DNA of 35,958 bases, from positions 158,224-194,181 of IMG/VR virus record IMGVR_UViG_3300031949_000004; one strand, given 5' to 3'. The notes beneath the pieces are model-generated. The model ran no database searches. It had not been told where the DNA came from and was given only the letters and a program-made list of their open reading frames with translations. Position numbers and translations under genes: made by a program. Every line of letters starts with the position of its first letter. The first letter of the stretch is position 1. The DNA is from a virus. Below, one piece after another: positions 1 through 8,394 of the stretch.

Positions 1-135
1 ACCCTCATGCACCTGCACGTGCTCGACCTCAATCAAACCATCGACATCATCAAACGCCACCTCGGCGTGTACGCAGTCCAAGAATTCCGCGCGCTGCTCG
101 ATGAAATTGCATGGCGCGAAACCCGCGAAAAATAA
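1..135 (+). CDS. 3' end of a gene starting upstream of the window (hypothetical protein, partial)
   Basis: Frame-1 reading frame is open from the window edge to TAA at 133-135. The translation (..VLDLNQTIDIIKRHLGVYAVQEFRALLDEIAWRETREK*) looks coding. It is absent from the ORF track only because it has no start. Confidence 0.35.
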   Translation, partial: TLMHLHVLDLNQTIDIIKRHLGVYAVQEFRALLDEIAWRETREK

Positions 136-153
136 TCAATACGGACCAAGATC

Positions 154-540
154 ATGAGGCGCGAAAAACTGATCTCTTCAAGATCACCAAGAGAATCGCT
201 GGTACTCGGACGATGCTACGCCTGGGCGCTCGAATACCTGCGCCAGCACCCTGGTGCGACCTTGGTTCACGGCACCGTGACAGAGCCGTTCAGTCGACCT
301 CCACGCAGCTTCCCCCACGCTTGGATCGTTCACGAGGGCACGGTCTATGACTGGCAGTGCATGGAAGCCGGCTGCGGCGGCAAGTGGAACGGCATCGGCT
401 ACCCGCTCGCGGTCTTCCTGAACCTATTTGCACCAACCCGCACATGGAAATACAACCAAGAGGAAGCCTTGATCTTGATGGTCAAAACCGGGCACAGCGG
501 CCCGTGGCCCGCCGCCAAGTCGAAAGGCAAACGCCGATGA
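154..540 (+). CDS. hypothetical protein (128 aa)
   Basis: ATG at 154. The stop overlaps the next start (ATGA at 537-540). Globular-looking sequence with a GRCYAW...HAWIVHEG Cys/His pattern. Confidence 0.55.
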   Translation: MRREKLISSRSPRESLVLGRCYAWALEYLRQHPGATLVHGTVTEPFSRPPRSFPHAWIVHEGTVYDWQCMEAGCGGKWNGIGYPLAVFLNLFAPTRTWKYNQEEALILMVKTGHSGPWPAAKSKGKRR

Positions 541-1418
541 ACCGCGAAGATCTGCAATCGATGATCTCGAAGTACAGCCGCCCGGCAAAGCGATCGTCCT
601 CGCCCGCGAAGCGATCATCCGTGCCCGCTCGACCTGCACAGCGAACCACGACACCCGCACCACGACTCCCCGCCATGGCACAAAGATCTCCGGCTCGCCT
701 CGACACGAAAGACCTGCAATGGGACACGGTACCCCTACGACTCGGAGGACGAGGCGAGTTGCACAACTACACCGGCCTTCGCATCGCCGACGAACCCTTC
801 ATCGCAATCCGCGCCGACGGCCCCCAGGGCACCTCCAACCGGTTCTACATCCACGACATTCGCGGTGGCCAGCAAACCAGCTTCGTGCGCGGCAACCGGA
901 CTGACATCTATCGGGCGCTCAAGCGAGCACTCAACGAAAGCCTGGCAACAGAAGAACGCGATCGACAACAAGCAATTCTCCGCTCGAAAGAAGAACGAGA
1001 AAAAGAACAAGAGCGCCTGGCCGAACACTTCAACAACCACGGTCCCGGCTTCTACATCACCCCCTTCTACTCCATCCCCGAAATCTCCGGCGGAAGCGAA
1101 CCCCTCGGTGCCGATGACCTCTATGGCGAAGCCGAGGGTGACTGCCTCGGCCCCTTCCCCCGCGACATCGAAAATCTCCCCGGCACCCGCTGGTCCAACG
1201 CCGTGGACGTATACGGCGTCCAAAACCTCGAAGACATCGAGAATCTCTACTGGGAACTTTTCAAGAAGTTGCCGGCCCAAAGTCCTACCTTCATGCTCAT
1301 CGAGGCCCAGAGCCGCCAGAACGCGCTCGCCGGTCGCGGACACGTCTGGATCGCCGACGGGCTCGAAAAAGGTCCGTCCGTGGATCCTCGACAAACCGGT
1401 TTCGCCTGGAGCAAGTGA
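537..1418 (+). CDS. hypothetical protein, paralog of 5541-6251
   Basis: ATGA coupling to the previous gene. Ser/Pro/Arg-rich N-terminal linker. The C-terminal domain (GPGFYITPFYS...GHVWIADGLEKGPSVDPRQTGF) is shared with 5541-6251. An alternative start at 675 is possible. Confidence 0.55.
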   Translation: MNREDLQSMISKYSRPAKRSSSPAKRSSVPARPAQRTTTPAPRLPAMAQRSPARLDTKDLQWDTVPLRLGGRGELHNYTGLRIADEPFIAIRADGPQGTSNRFYIHDIRGGQQTSFVRGNRTDIYRALKRALNESLATEERDRQQAILRSKEEREKEQERLAEHFNNHGPGFYITPFYSIPEISGGSEPLGADDLYGEAEGDCLGPFPRDIENLPGTRWSNAVDVYGVQNLEDIENLYWELFKKLPAQSPTFMLIEAQSRQNALAGRGHVWIADGLEKGPSVDPRQTGFAWSK

Positions 1419-1421
1419 ACC

Positions 1422-2651
1422 ATGGCTTATGATCTGTTTCGCGGACGCACGCGCGCCAACCACGCCATCTCGGGGCACCCGCCCATCGATTCCTACCAGT
1501 GGGACTTCGTGCGCGGCATCCCAAGCGAGGCAAAGCAGAAGAAGAGATCGCGGCCCACGGCTTCCAACATGGGCGCCAAGGTCTCGGTCTGGCCGCCGAA
1601 GTTCAAGCTCTACGAGATCTCCTCTACCGACTTCGACGCCGCGAAACGCTGGATGGCCAACATCGCCGAGAACGTGAAGTACCACCGCAAGGTCCACGGC
1701 GACAAGATCCTCACCACCGAAGACGAGGAGCTGTGGGGTGATCTGTGGCGTCGCTGGTTGCTGTTCGGCAACAAGCTCAAGGAGCTGGCCTCGAACAAAG
1801 GCCTGATGAACAAGGTCATCGCGGCCACGATCCCCGCCCTTCACCTCTCACGACTCTTCGCCGTGCATGCCCTCAACATCGGCATGATGTCCGAAGACAA
1901 CAAGCGCGAATTCGACGCCCTCCTGCATACGGCCCAGAGCCTCCAGAAGCGATTCGAGCTGCTCGGCATGGGCCAGGTCCCTGTCCCCTACATGGGTGAG
2001 CTGGTACTCATGATCCGCCAGATGCCTGCTCAGCTCACCTTGCAAGACATGGTCACCCGACTGCGATCCACGGCCAAGGTCGGATCGCGTCTGCTCGACG
2101 AGAACACCGCCTGGTGGCAATGGAAAGTTCGCCCGGAATCGGCGGGACTCCGTAGCGCAACCGCCGCCGCCGAGAAGCTCGCCGATGAGCTGGCGGCCGT
2201 CAGCAGGTTGCCCGAAGGCCAGGGCTTGCGCGAGCGCGATACCCCCGTCTACCAGCGATTCATGCGCACCATGTCCCTAGTCTACATCGAAGCGGCAAAG
2301 CTCTACGGCATCGAGGAGACCAAGACCACGGCCAGGGCCGAGCTGCACGAAGCAGGGCTCAATGCCCCCAAGAACGCGACCAAAATGGCGCTATGGATCC
2401 TCTTCGTAGCGGGCGTGGGCTACCTCGGTATCCGCCTGCTCGCGCGCAACAAGCAAATCGTGATCGTCGAGGCCCCCCGGCACAACGACCACACGAGCTA
2501 CCGCCCTGGCGACCACCCAAGCCGCGAGGCATCACAAACCTCCCATCATCATGATGGAGAAGTTGACACGGACGATGGGAGAGAAGAGAATATAAGTCAG
2601 GAACCGCGATACCAAGAACAACACCCTGACATTTACGAGGAGGAACGCTAA
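1422..2651 (+). CDS. hypothetical protein (409 aa) with a C-terminal transmembrane helix
   Basis: Long ORF. The stop overlaps the next start (TAATGA at 2648-2653). Hydrophobic segment MALWILFVAGVGYLGIRLLA near the C-terminus, followed by an acidic tail. Confidence 0.6.
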   Translation: MAYDLFRGRTRANHAISGHPPIDSYQWDFVRGIPSEAKQKKRSRPTASNMGAKVSVWPPKFKLYEISSTDFDAAKRWMANIAENVKYHRKVHGDKILTTEDEELWGDLWRRWLLFGNKLKELASNKGLMNKVIAATIPALHLSRLFAVHALNIGMMSEDNKREFDALLHTAQSLQKRFELLGMGQVPVPYMGELVLMIRQMPAQLTLQDMVTRLRSTAKVGSRLLDENTAWWQWKVRPESAGLRSATAAAEKLADELAAVSRLPEGQGLRERDTPVYQRFMRTMSLVYIEAAKLYGIEETKTTARAELHEAGLNAPKNATKMALWILFVAGVGYLGIRLLARNKQIVIVEAPRHNDHTSYRPGDHPSREASQTSHHHDGEVDTDDGREENISQEPRYQEQHPDIYEEER

Positions 2652-3196
2652 TGAGCTTCGACACTGATCAATCCGTGGTTACCGAGCTGGTCCAGTTCAC
2701 CGAGAATGATGGCGATATCTACCGCCAGACGACCACAAGCATCTTGAAGAACCTGGCGACCAAGAAGGCGCAAGGCAAGTACGACGCCGAGCTGGCCGTG
2801 CAAGCCTTCATGTACCTGGCCGAAGCCGGCGCCAAGAAGTACGCCAGGGATTTCGGCGGTGTCTGGCACGAAAGCTTCCCCGTTCCGATCCGCCGCATGG
2901 CCGCCACGCACTGGCGCGACGAGTTCGAGACCGAGTTTGCACTCGGCAACTACAACAACCTGCTGCCCCTCAAGTACCGGCAGCCTTCGCCCGAACAGGC
3001 CCTCGCGCTCGTCCGCTACGCCAAGAGCGAAGGCCGCGAATGGAAGCGCAAGCTCTCGGACTGCTGGGTGCTCGCCGACTACACCGGCACGCCCGACGAC
3101 ATCGCCGCGCTCTTGCAACAGGTGCGCAATCAATTCGGTCCGAGCTGGCTCGACAAAGCCTCGCTCGCGACCCTGCGCAAGATCGCCAAGCTCTAG
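2651..3196 (+). CDS. hypothetical protein (181 aa)
   Basis: Strong ribosome-binding site GAGGAGG 6 nt upstream. Contains an R-x4-H motif (RRMAATH), which is only weakly reminiscent of HEPN. Confidence 0.6.
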   Translation: MSFDTDQSVVTELVQFTENDGDIYRQTTTSILKNLATKKAQGKYDAELAVQAFMYLAEAGAKKYARDFGGVWHESFPVPIRRMAATHWRDEFETEFALGNYNNLLPLKYRQPSPEQALALVRYAKSEGREWKRKLSDCWVLADYTGTPDDIAALLQQVRNQFGPSWLDKASLATLRKIAKL

Positions 3197-3205
3197 CCAA
3201 ACCCC

Positions 3206-3787
3206 ATGCCGACCACCAAAGACGATATGCTCAGGTTCGTGCTCGGCATCGCCGACCGAACCGCTGTCCGGACCGCAATCGGCGGGGGAATCGCCGTCGC
3301 AGCCCATGGCTACCGGCGCGACACAGCAGATGTCGATGCCTTCTTCCACGACAACGACCGAAGCAAAATCTTGAAAGAAATACGCCGCTCAATCGGCCCG
3401 GACGACGTGTTGGATGAACTGGATCCTTCACACTTCATCCTCATCCCCGAAGGAAACCCGCCTGACGAACGCATCGACCTGATGTTCGCCATCGGGGATC
3501 CTGAAGAAAGCGCCATCGAGCTAAGCGTGCTCAAAAGCTACCATAACCTGATCGTGCCAGTGTTCCCCGTAGATCTACTCGTGGTCGCAAAGTTTCTAGC
3601 CGGACGGGAGGATCCAAAGGACGCCCTCGACATCCTTTCGCTCTTCCGGCGCGATACCTACGAAGTCAAGGGCATTCAAAACAGACTTCGACAAATGGGC
3701 TTCGATGAAGATGCCGAAGCCTTTCCCAAGCTGATCGAATACCTATCAAACCTCCCGCGACGAAAACCTCACCGACGAAAGGTATGA
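3206..3787 (+). CDS. putative nucleotidyltransferase-fold protein (Pol-beta/MNT/AbiEii-like motif)
   Basis: Motif IGGGIAVAAHGYRRDTADVDAFF fits hG[GS]-x9-13-Dh[DE]h, and the R-x-T-x-D-V-D pattern resembles AbiEii/MNT-type nucleotidyltransferases. 193 aa. Confidence 0.5.
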   Translation: MPTTKDDMLRFVLGIADRTAVRTAIGGGIAVAAHGYRRDTADVDAFFHDNDRSKILKEIRRSIGPDDVLDELDPSHFILIPEGNPPDERIDLMFAIGDPEESAIELSVLKSYHNLIVPVFPVDLLVVAKFLAGREDPKDALDILSLFRRDTYEVKGIQNRLRQMGFDEDAEAFPKLIEYLSNLPRRKPHRRKV

Positions 3788-3794
3788 TCCCACC

Positions 3795-4100
3795 ATGGCA
3801 ACCAAACCTTCCATCCCGGCGCCTCGTCTCCAACGGAGCTTCATCGTTTTCTTCACACGCGACGGTGGTCTCCATCCCGCCTGGCAAGCCGAGCAAGGTA
3901 CCTGCTACCGCAGCACCGAGAACCAGCTCGCCCGTGAGCTGGCCCAGATCGTGGCCAACACCGAGACCATGCGCGGCGCCTACGCCATCGGTGCCTACGC
4001 CGGCTACCACCCTGGCTACGAGAGCACCGAGCTGCTCGCTACCAACCACAAACCCGCGTTCTACATCCACGAAGGCGGTAGAATCGAGAAGGTCGCCTGA
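3795..4100 (+). CDS. hypothetical protein (101 aa)
   Basis: ORF directly after the previous stop. Coding-like composition. Confidence 0.45.
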   Translation: MATKPSIPAPRLQRSFIVFFTRDGGLHPAWQAEQGTCYRSTENQLARELAQIVANTETMRGAYAIGAYAGYHPGYESTELLATNHKPAFYIHEGGRIEKVA

Positions 4101-4125
4101 CCACCGTTTTCACGAGGAGTGATCC

Positions 4126-4503
4126 ATGACCAACCAAGAACTCGACACCAAGATCGCCGAGACCATGGCCGTCCTGCGCGGGGACAACCTCGTCGATGCA
4201 ATCCTCAAGGCTTGGAACATGTACACCGAGGACATCAAGGACCAAGCGCGGAGAACCAAGAAGAAGCGCGAAAAGCTCGCCGATGCCGTCGACCGGCTCA
4301 TGGAGTCCTCCCCGTGCGAGCTGTACTGCTACATCATGTTCGACGATGAAGGTGACCTTCGCGGCTGGACCATCGACCACCAGCAATACTGGCAAGGCAA
4401 CTCCGGTCCAACCTCGGCCATCTCGCTCGGCGAGACCACCTACGAAGCGATCGAACGAGAGATCGGCAACGATCTCGCCGAGGCCCTCGAAATCGAAGAC
4501 TAA
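4126..4503 (+). CDS. hypothetical acidic protein (125 aa)
   Basis: Ribosome-binding site GAGGAG 7 nt upstream of the ATG. Confidence 0.55.
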   Translation: MTNQELDTKIAETMAVLRGDNLVDAILKAWNMYTEDIKDQARRTKKKREKLADAVDRLMESSPCELYCYIMFDDEGDLRGWTIDHQQYWQGNSGPTSAISLGETTYEAIEREIGNDLAEALEIED

Positions 4504-4519
4504 CAACCACGAGGATCCC

Positions 4520-5023
4520 ATGACCCAGAAAATCAAGCTCGAAGACCAGCGCCGCGTGCTCCGGCAAGGCCAGTACCTCAACCTCATCCTCATCGGCAAC
4601 CACCTGGAGCTTTCCCCCACGGCGGAAGGCATGCACGCCGCCAACCTGCTCCGGACCCAAATGGGCACCGACGCCGCCCTCCAGGAGCTTCTCCAAGACC
4701 ACCTCGAAAACGGCTGGGAGTTCCTGGAGCCCACCGAAATCGGCGCCATGACCGAAGCTCCGATCATCTCCCAGGACGTTCTCCGCAACGAGCAAGGCGA
4801 CATCGTGCTCGTGGGCCAAGTCTTCTGGTTCTCCAACTACCAGGTCGAAGATCCCCTCGAAACGTTGGTCAGGAGCCGCCCGGTGTCCTTCGATGCCGTG
4901 GGCAAGGCGATCCCCAACGCGGCAGACGCGGAATACTGGCGCCTACGTGCGAAGGAAGACCAGGGCAAGAAAGCCAACTGGACAGCGTTCACCAAGAAGT
5001 GGTCCAAGAAACTCTCGAACTAG
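4520..5023 (+). CDS. hypothetical protein (167 aa)
   Basis: Internal ATG of track ORF 4196-5023, preceded by CACGAGGATCCC. The same start context is seen before the gene at 4126. Confidence 0.55.
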   Translation: MTQKIKLEDQRRVLRQGQYLNLILIGNHLELSPTAEGMHAANLLRTQMGTDAALQELLQDHLENGWEFLEPTEIGAMTEAPIISQDVLRNEQGDIVLVGQVFWFSNYQVEDPLETLVRSRPVSFDAVGKAIPNAADAEYWRLRAKEDQGKKANWTAFTKKWSKKLSN

Positions 5024-5028
5024 GCACC

Positions 5029-5532
5029 ATGAACACCTACGTCACGTCGTTTTGCAACTTCCCCCACGTGCTCAAGACGGGGCGCCCCATCGACCACGAG
5101 TGCTACATCCTGCCACCCGCGATGCTGGAGGCCGAGCGCAACGACAATCACGCTCTCGCCAACGAGATCTTGGCTCGCGTCGATTTCAAGCGCGCCGGCA
5201 TGGTCAAGGGTCGCCCGATGCCCCGCGCCCGGCTGGTTCAAGGCCAAGGCAACGTCTACGACAAGCCTTTCACCTACAACAAACAGCATCGCGCCTACGT
5301 CGTGAAAGTCCAGGACAAACCAGACATCTGGGAAGTAACACTGGAACACGGCGACCGCGCTCTTCCCCATGGCATGATTCACGCGACAAGCGGCCAACGC
5401 ACCTACAGGCACTACATCGCCTTCCTCTACAAACCCGATCGCGACAACCCCACGCGCATCGACGAGTTCAACTCGCGCGAACACGCTATCGGCGCCATTC
5501 GCCTCGCCTGGGAACAAATCGCACAACCATAA
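5029..5532 (+). CDS. hypothetical protein (167 aa)
   Basis: ATG 5 nt after the previous stop. The longer track start at 4999 would overlap the upstream gene. Confidence 0.5.
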   Translation: MNTYVTSFCNFPHVLKTGRPIDHECYILPPAMLEAERNDNHALANEILARVDFKRAGMVKGRPMPRARLVQGQGNVYDKPFTYNKQHRAYVVKVQDKPDIWEVTLEHGDRALPHGMIHATSGQRTYRHYIAFLYKPDRDNPTRIDEFNSREHAIGAIRLAWEQIAQP

Positions 5533-5540
5533 GGTGGCAC

Positions 5541-6251
5541 ATGGCCAAGCTCAAAGCACGCGGACGTGACGAGATCTACCGCATCGAAAAGTGGGAGGTT
5601 CCCGATCCTTCCCGCCCCTACGATCGGATCAAGGTCACCAAGGCCCTCATGTCCGACGGCAACATCCTCATCAAGCGCGACTCGGGCTCCTGGACCGTCC
5701 ACGGCAAGATCAAGCCCGACCTCACAGCCGAGGCCGCCCTCAAGATCAATCTCGGCAAGGGCTTTTCGATCGTCAACCTGAGCATGCGCTACTTCGATCG
5801 TCGCGGCGACACCATCACCATGCGCGAGGGCTACGACAAGCCCATCATCACCACCGCCAAAGCGGCGAGTCGCAAAAAGGCCGCCGCCAAGGGTGCCGAG
5901 AAACGCAAGGTCGAAGCCGAACGCCGAGATGGACCCGGCTTCTACGTCACCAACGTCTATTCCGGTCCCGGCCTGCGCTCGCGCATCGCCGACCACGAAA
6001 CCCCCTTTGCAACCTTCGAGCGCGCCGAGGAGTTCGCCTGGGATCGCCTCAACTACTTCCTGGGAATGAAGCTCAACTACCTCCTGCCGGTCGTCGTCAT
6101 CGAGACGGAATCACGCGAGGACGCCGAAGGCCACGTCTCCATCACCAGGGAAAATTTCGCGCACCCCTACGGCAAGGGGCACGTCTGGTGGATCGACGGA
6201 AAACGCAAAGGCCCGCCGGTCGACCCCCGCCAGACCTCCCTCTTCACCTGA
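5541..6251 (+). CDS. hypothetical protein, paralog of 537-1418
   Basis: Ribosome-binding site AAGGTGG. The C-terminal domain (GPGFYVTNVYS...GHVWWIDGKRKGPPVDPRQTSLFT) is shared with 537-1418. The 452-aa track ORF 4893-6251 is an out-of-frame artefact upstream of this start. Confidence 0.55.
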   Translation: MAKLKARGRDEIYRIEKWEVPDPSRPYDRIKVTKALMSDGNILIKRDSGSWTVHGKIKPDLTAEAALKINLGKGFSIVNLSMRYFDRRGDTITMREGYDKPIITTAKAASRKKAAAKGAEKRKVEAERRDGPGFYVTNVYSGPGLRSRIADHETPFATFERAEEFAWDRLNYFLGMKLNYLLPVVVIETESREDAEGHVSITRENFAHPYGKGHVWWIDGKRKGPPVDPRQTSLFT

Positions 6252-6263
6252 AAGGACTTCCCC

Positions 6264-6655
6264 ATGCCAAGAACCGTCACATCGAAAACCATCGTGCTGG
6301 AGCCCGATCTGGAAGAAATGTGCTCCCTCTGAAAGCAACATGGCCCTCTGGCAACCCATCAACGAAGATCTCGTCACGCAGCTCAAGGGAGCTGTCGTAC
6401 GGCGCGGAACCTTGCCCAACAACGTACTCCTCGCCTTAGCGCCAACCCCGACCTCGCCCAGAAGTTCTCCCCGGACAAGAACGGTAAAAAGGGCGCACTC
6501 CTATACGCGCGCATGCTCATCGATGAAGGACACGCCCTCCTCACCACCGTTCGCTACTCCGTGCGCTTTCCCTGGGATAGACAGCAACGCCTGGTCGAAG
6601 AACAGATGTTCAAGCGCGCAGATCTAGGACCAGCGATCGCACGAAAGGAAACCAC
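6264..6655 (+). pseudogene. degenerate copy 1 of a two-gene A-B cassette (A N-terminus 22 codons, B N-terminus about 34 codons, frameshifted A-like C-terminus)
   Basis: MPRTVTSKTIVLEPDLEEM.. matches the N-termini of 6656 and 7246 and stops after 22 codons. MALWQPINEDLVTQLKGAVVRRGTLPNNVLLALA matches the N-terminus of 7722. The tail reads as an A-like C-terminus in another frame. Confidence 0.45.
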
Positions 6656-7171
6656 ATGAACCCCATGTCAAAAATTATCATATTGGAGCCCGATCTGGAA
6701 GAACTGTACATTGAATACACAACGGCACAAAAGATTCCCAATCCACAGGAACGCGACGAGCGCGTCGCTGAAATTGTACTCGGAGATCCAATGTATGGAC
6801 GCCGTGTCATCTGGGTTCCCTTCTACAACAACAAACATAGCACCATCGCAACCATGCTTACGGAGCCAAGGGTCGCACTCCGCTACGGACAAAAGTGGGG
6901 CATCCCAATATCAAAAGATCACCACCAACAACGTGTTGAATACTTCCGCGACCTGGCCAAGCGATTCAACAACGAATCGGACGATGTCGTCAAGTGTGCC
7001 AACAAGCTCTACAACAAACACGACAATCTCATCTCCAACGACCCCCGCGACCACTTCCCACATGATGTGAAAAAACGTCTCCAGTTCCTAACTTACGGAG
7101 GCTTTATGATCGAACTCGCAACCAAAACACACGAATTCCTCTCAGACCGAACAGACGAATTCCTCCGTTGA
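6656..7171 (+). CDS. cassette gene A, copy 2 (171 aa hypothetical)
   Basis: Conserved N-terminus ..IILEPDLEELY.. and motifs GDPMYGRRV, VALRYGQKWGIP and EYFRDLAKRF shared with 7246-7719. GC is markedly lower (about 48%) than neighbouring genes. Confidence 0.55.
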   Translation: MNPMSKIIILEPDLEELYIEYTTAQKIPNPQERDERVAEIVLGDPMYGRRVIWVPFYNNKHSTIATMLTEPRVALRYGQKWGIPISKDHHQQRVEYFRDLAKRFNNESDDVVKCANKLYNKHDNLISNDPRDHFPHDVKKRLQFLTYGGFMIELATKTHEFLSDRTDEFLR

Positions 7172-7173
7172 CC

Positions 7174-7218
7174 ATGGCACTCTGGCAACCTGTCAACGAA
7201 GATCGCCACGATCTCTGA
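7174..7218 (+). pseudogene. truncated cassette gene B, copy 2 (14 codons: MALWQPVNEDRHDL*)
   Basis: Same start context and first 9 codons as 6340 and 7722, then a premature stop. Confidence 0.4.
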
Positions 7219-7245
7219 CCAACGATCGCACAAAAAGAACTCCCC

Positions 7246-7719
7246 ATGCCCAGTTCCAACCAAACCATCGTGCTAGAACCCGATCTCGAAGAGCTGTTCG
7301 CACGATACACACACGCCCAAAAATCCCGCAACAGCGGAGAAGAGACCGCCGAGGTCTTGCTCGGAGATCCGATGTACGGACGCCGCGTGCACATGCCCAA
7401 GGGGAACGTTGACGTGACCATACTCCAAGATCCTAAAGTAGCACTTCGCTACTGGCATAGCTGGGGGATCCCAACCTCGAAGGATGCTCACCGACAGCGC
7501 ACCGAATACTTCCGTGACCTGGCCAAACGATTCAGCGACGAATGGAACGATGTCGTCAGGCAAGCGAACAAAATCGGAATTCTCATCACAGGCCCCTATC
7601 ACGACCACCAGGATGTGAAAGAACGCCTCCGGTTCCTGACACACGGAAGCCAGATGATCAACGACGCCGCCGGGCTGCACGAATTTCTGTCCAAGACCCG
7701 CTCACCCTCCTTCCGTTGA
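7246..7719 (+). CDS. cassette gene A, copy 3 (157 aa hypothetical)
   Basis: Paralog of 6656-7171. The upstream context AAAAGAACTCCCCATG recurs at 6252 and 7232. Confidence 0.55.
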   Translation: MPSSNQTIVLEPDLEELFARYTHAQKSRNSGEETAEVLLGDPMYGRRVHMPKGNVDVTILQDPKVALRYWHSWGIPTSKDAHRQRTEYFRDLAKRFSDEWNDVVRQANKIGILITGPYHDHQDVKERLRFLTHGSQMINDAAGLHEFLSKTRSPSFR

Positions 7720-7721
7720 CC

Positions 7722-8387
7722 ATGGCGCTCTGGCAACCCATCAACGAAGATCTCGTCACGCAGCCCAAGGGAGCTGTCGTGCGGCGCGGAGCCCTGCCCA
7801 ACAACGTGCTCCTCGCCTTGGCCGATACCCCCGCCAACTCGACAGAGTTGCTCGGCTTGCGACTCACCGACGTTGCCACAACGGCAACCGGGCTCGTCGT
7901 CCCCTTCATGACGGGTGCTCCTGTCCGACTCGTGGCCGAACCCAACCTCGGCGACACCATCTACCTATCGGCCGCTACCGCAGGATCAGGGACCAATGCA
8001 CCTCCTGCGCTGCCCCGAACCCTGGGCTACGTCTACGAAAAATTCCTGGACACAGGAGTCTGGTACGGACGCCTCCTACCATCCTACGAAACCCTGTTCG
8101 GCTCTGGCACTGCCGGCTCCTTGCTCACCTACATCGAAAAGACCGCCAACTACACGCTCACGCCCAGTGACAGCGTCGTCAACTGCACGGCGAACTCGTT
8201 TTCAATCACCTTGCCAAGCGCCTCGGGCATGGCCAGCAAACCGTACGTCATCACCAACAGCGGCACGGGCACCATCACCGTGTTGCCGAACGGCGCCGAA
8301 AAGATCAATGGCATGAGCAGCCAGATAGTCGAATCCGGGAACTCCATGTCCATCATCTCAACCAACGCGGGTTGGATCATCGTGTGA
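7722..8387 (+). CDS. cassette gene B, intact copy (221 aa); Ser/Thr/Gly/Asn-rich beta-type protein, possibly fibre- or receptor-binding-like
   Basis: The N-terminal 35 aa are conserved with the B fragments at 6340 and 7174. The C-terminal portion (ITNSGTGTITVLPNGAEKINGMSSQIVESGNSMSIISTNAGWIIV) resembles fibre or adhesin beta-structure. Confidence 0.5.
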   Translation: MALWQPINEDLVTQPKGAVVRRGALPNNVLLALADTPANSTELLGLRLTDVATTATGLVVPFMTGAPVRLVAEPNLGDTIYLSAATAGSGTNAPPALPRTLGYVYEKFLDTGVWYGRLLPSYETLFGSGTAGSLLTYIEKTANYTLTPSDSVVNCTANSFSITLPSASGMASKPYVITNSGTGTITVLPNGAEKINGMSSQIVESGNSMSIISTNAGWIIV

Positions 8388-8394
8388 GGAAACC

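Noticed and set aside
735-1844. 369-aa minus-strand ORF antisense to 537-1418 and 1422-2651
   Set aside because: Typical high-GC antisense artefact. Val/Gly/Ala/Asp-rich with no ribosome-binding site. It is incompatible with the tightly coupled plus-strand genes.
2651-3196. Confident HEPN call for the gene upstream of the nucleotidyltransferase
   Set aside because: It has only a single R-x4-H occurrence in mid-protein, which is common by chance. Kept as a weak hypothesis inside the finding only.
4893-6251. 452-aa track ORF, the longest in the window
   Set aside because: The upstream 650 nt run out of frame across three well-supported genes (4520-5023, 5029-5532) and translate to Arg/Pro/Ser-rich low-complexity sequence. 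Only the 5541-6251 portion looks like a real protein.
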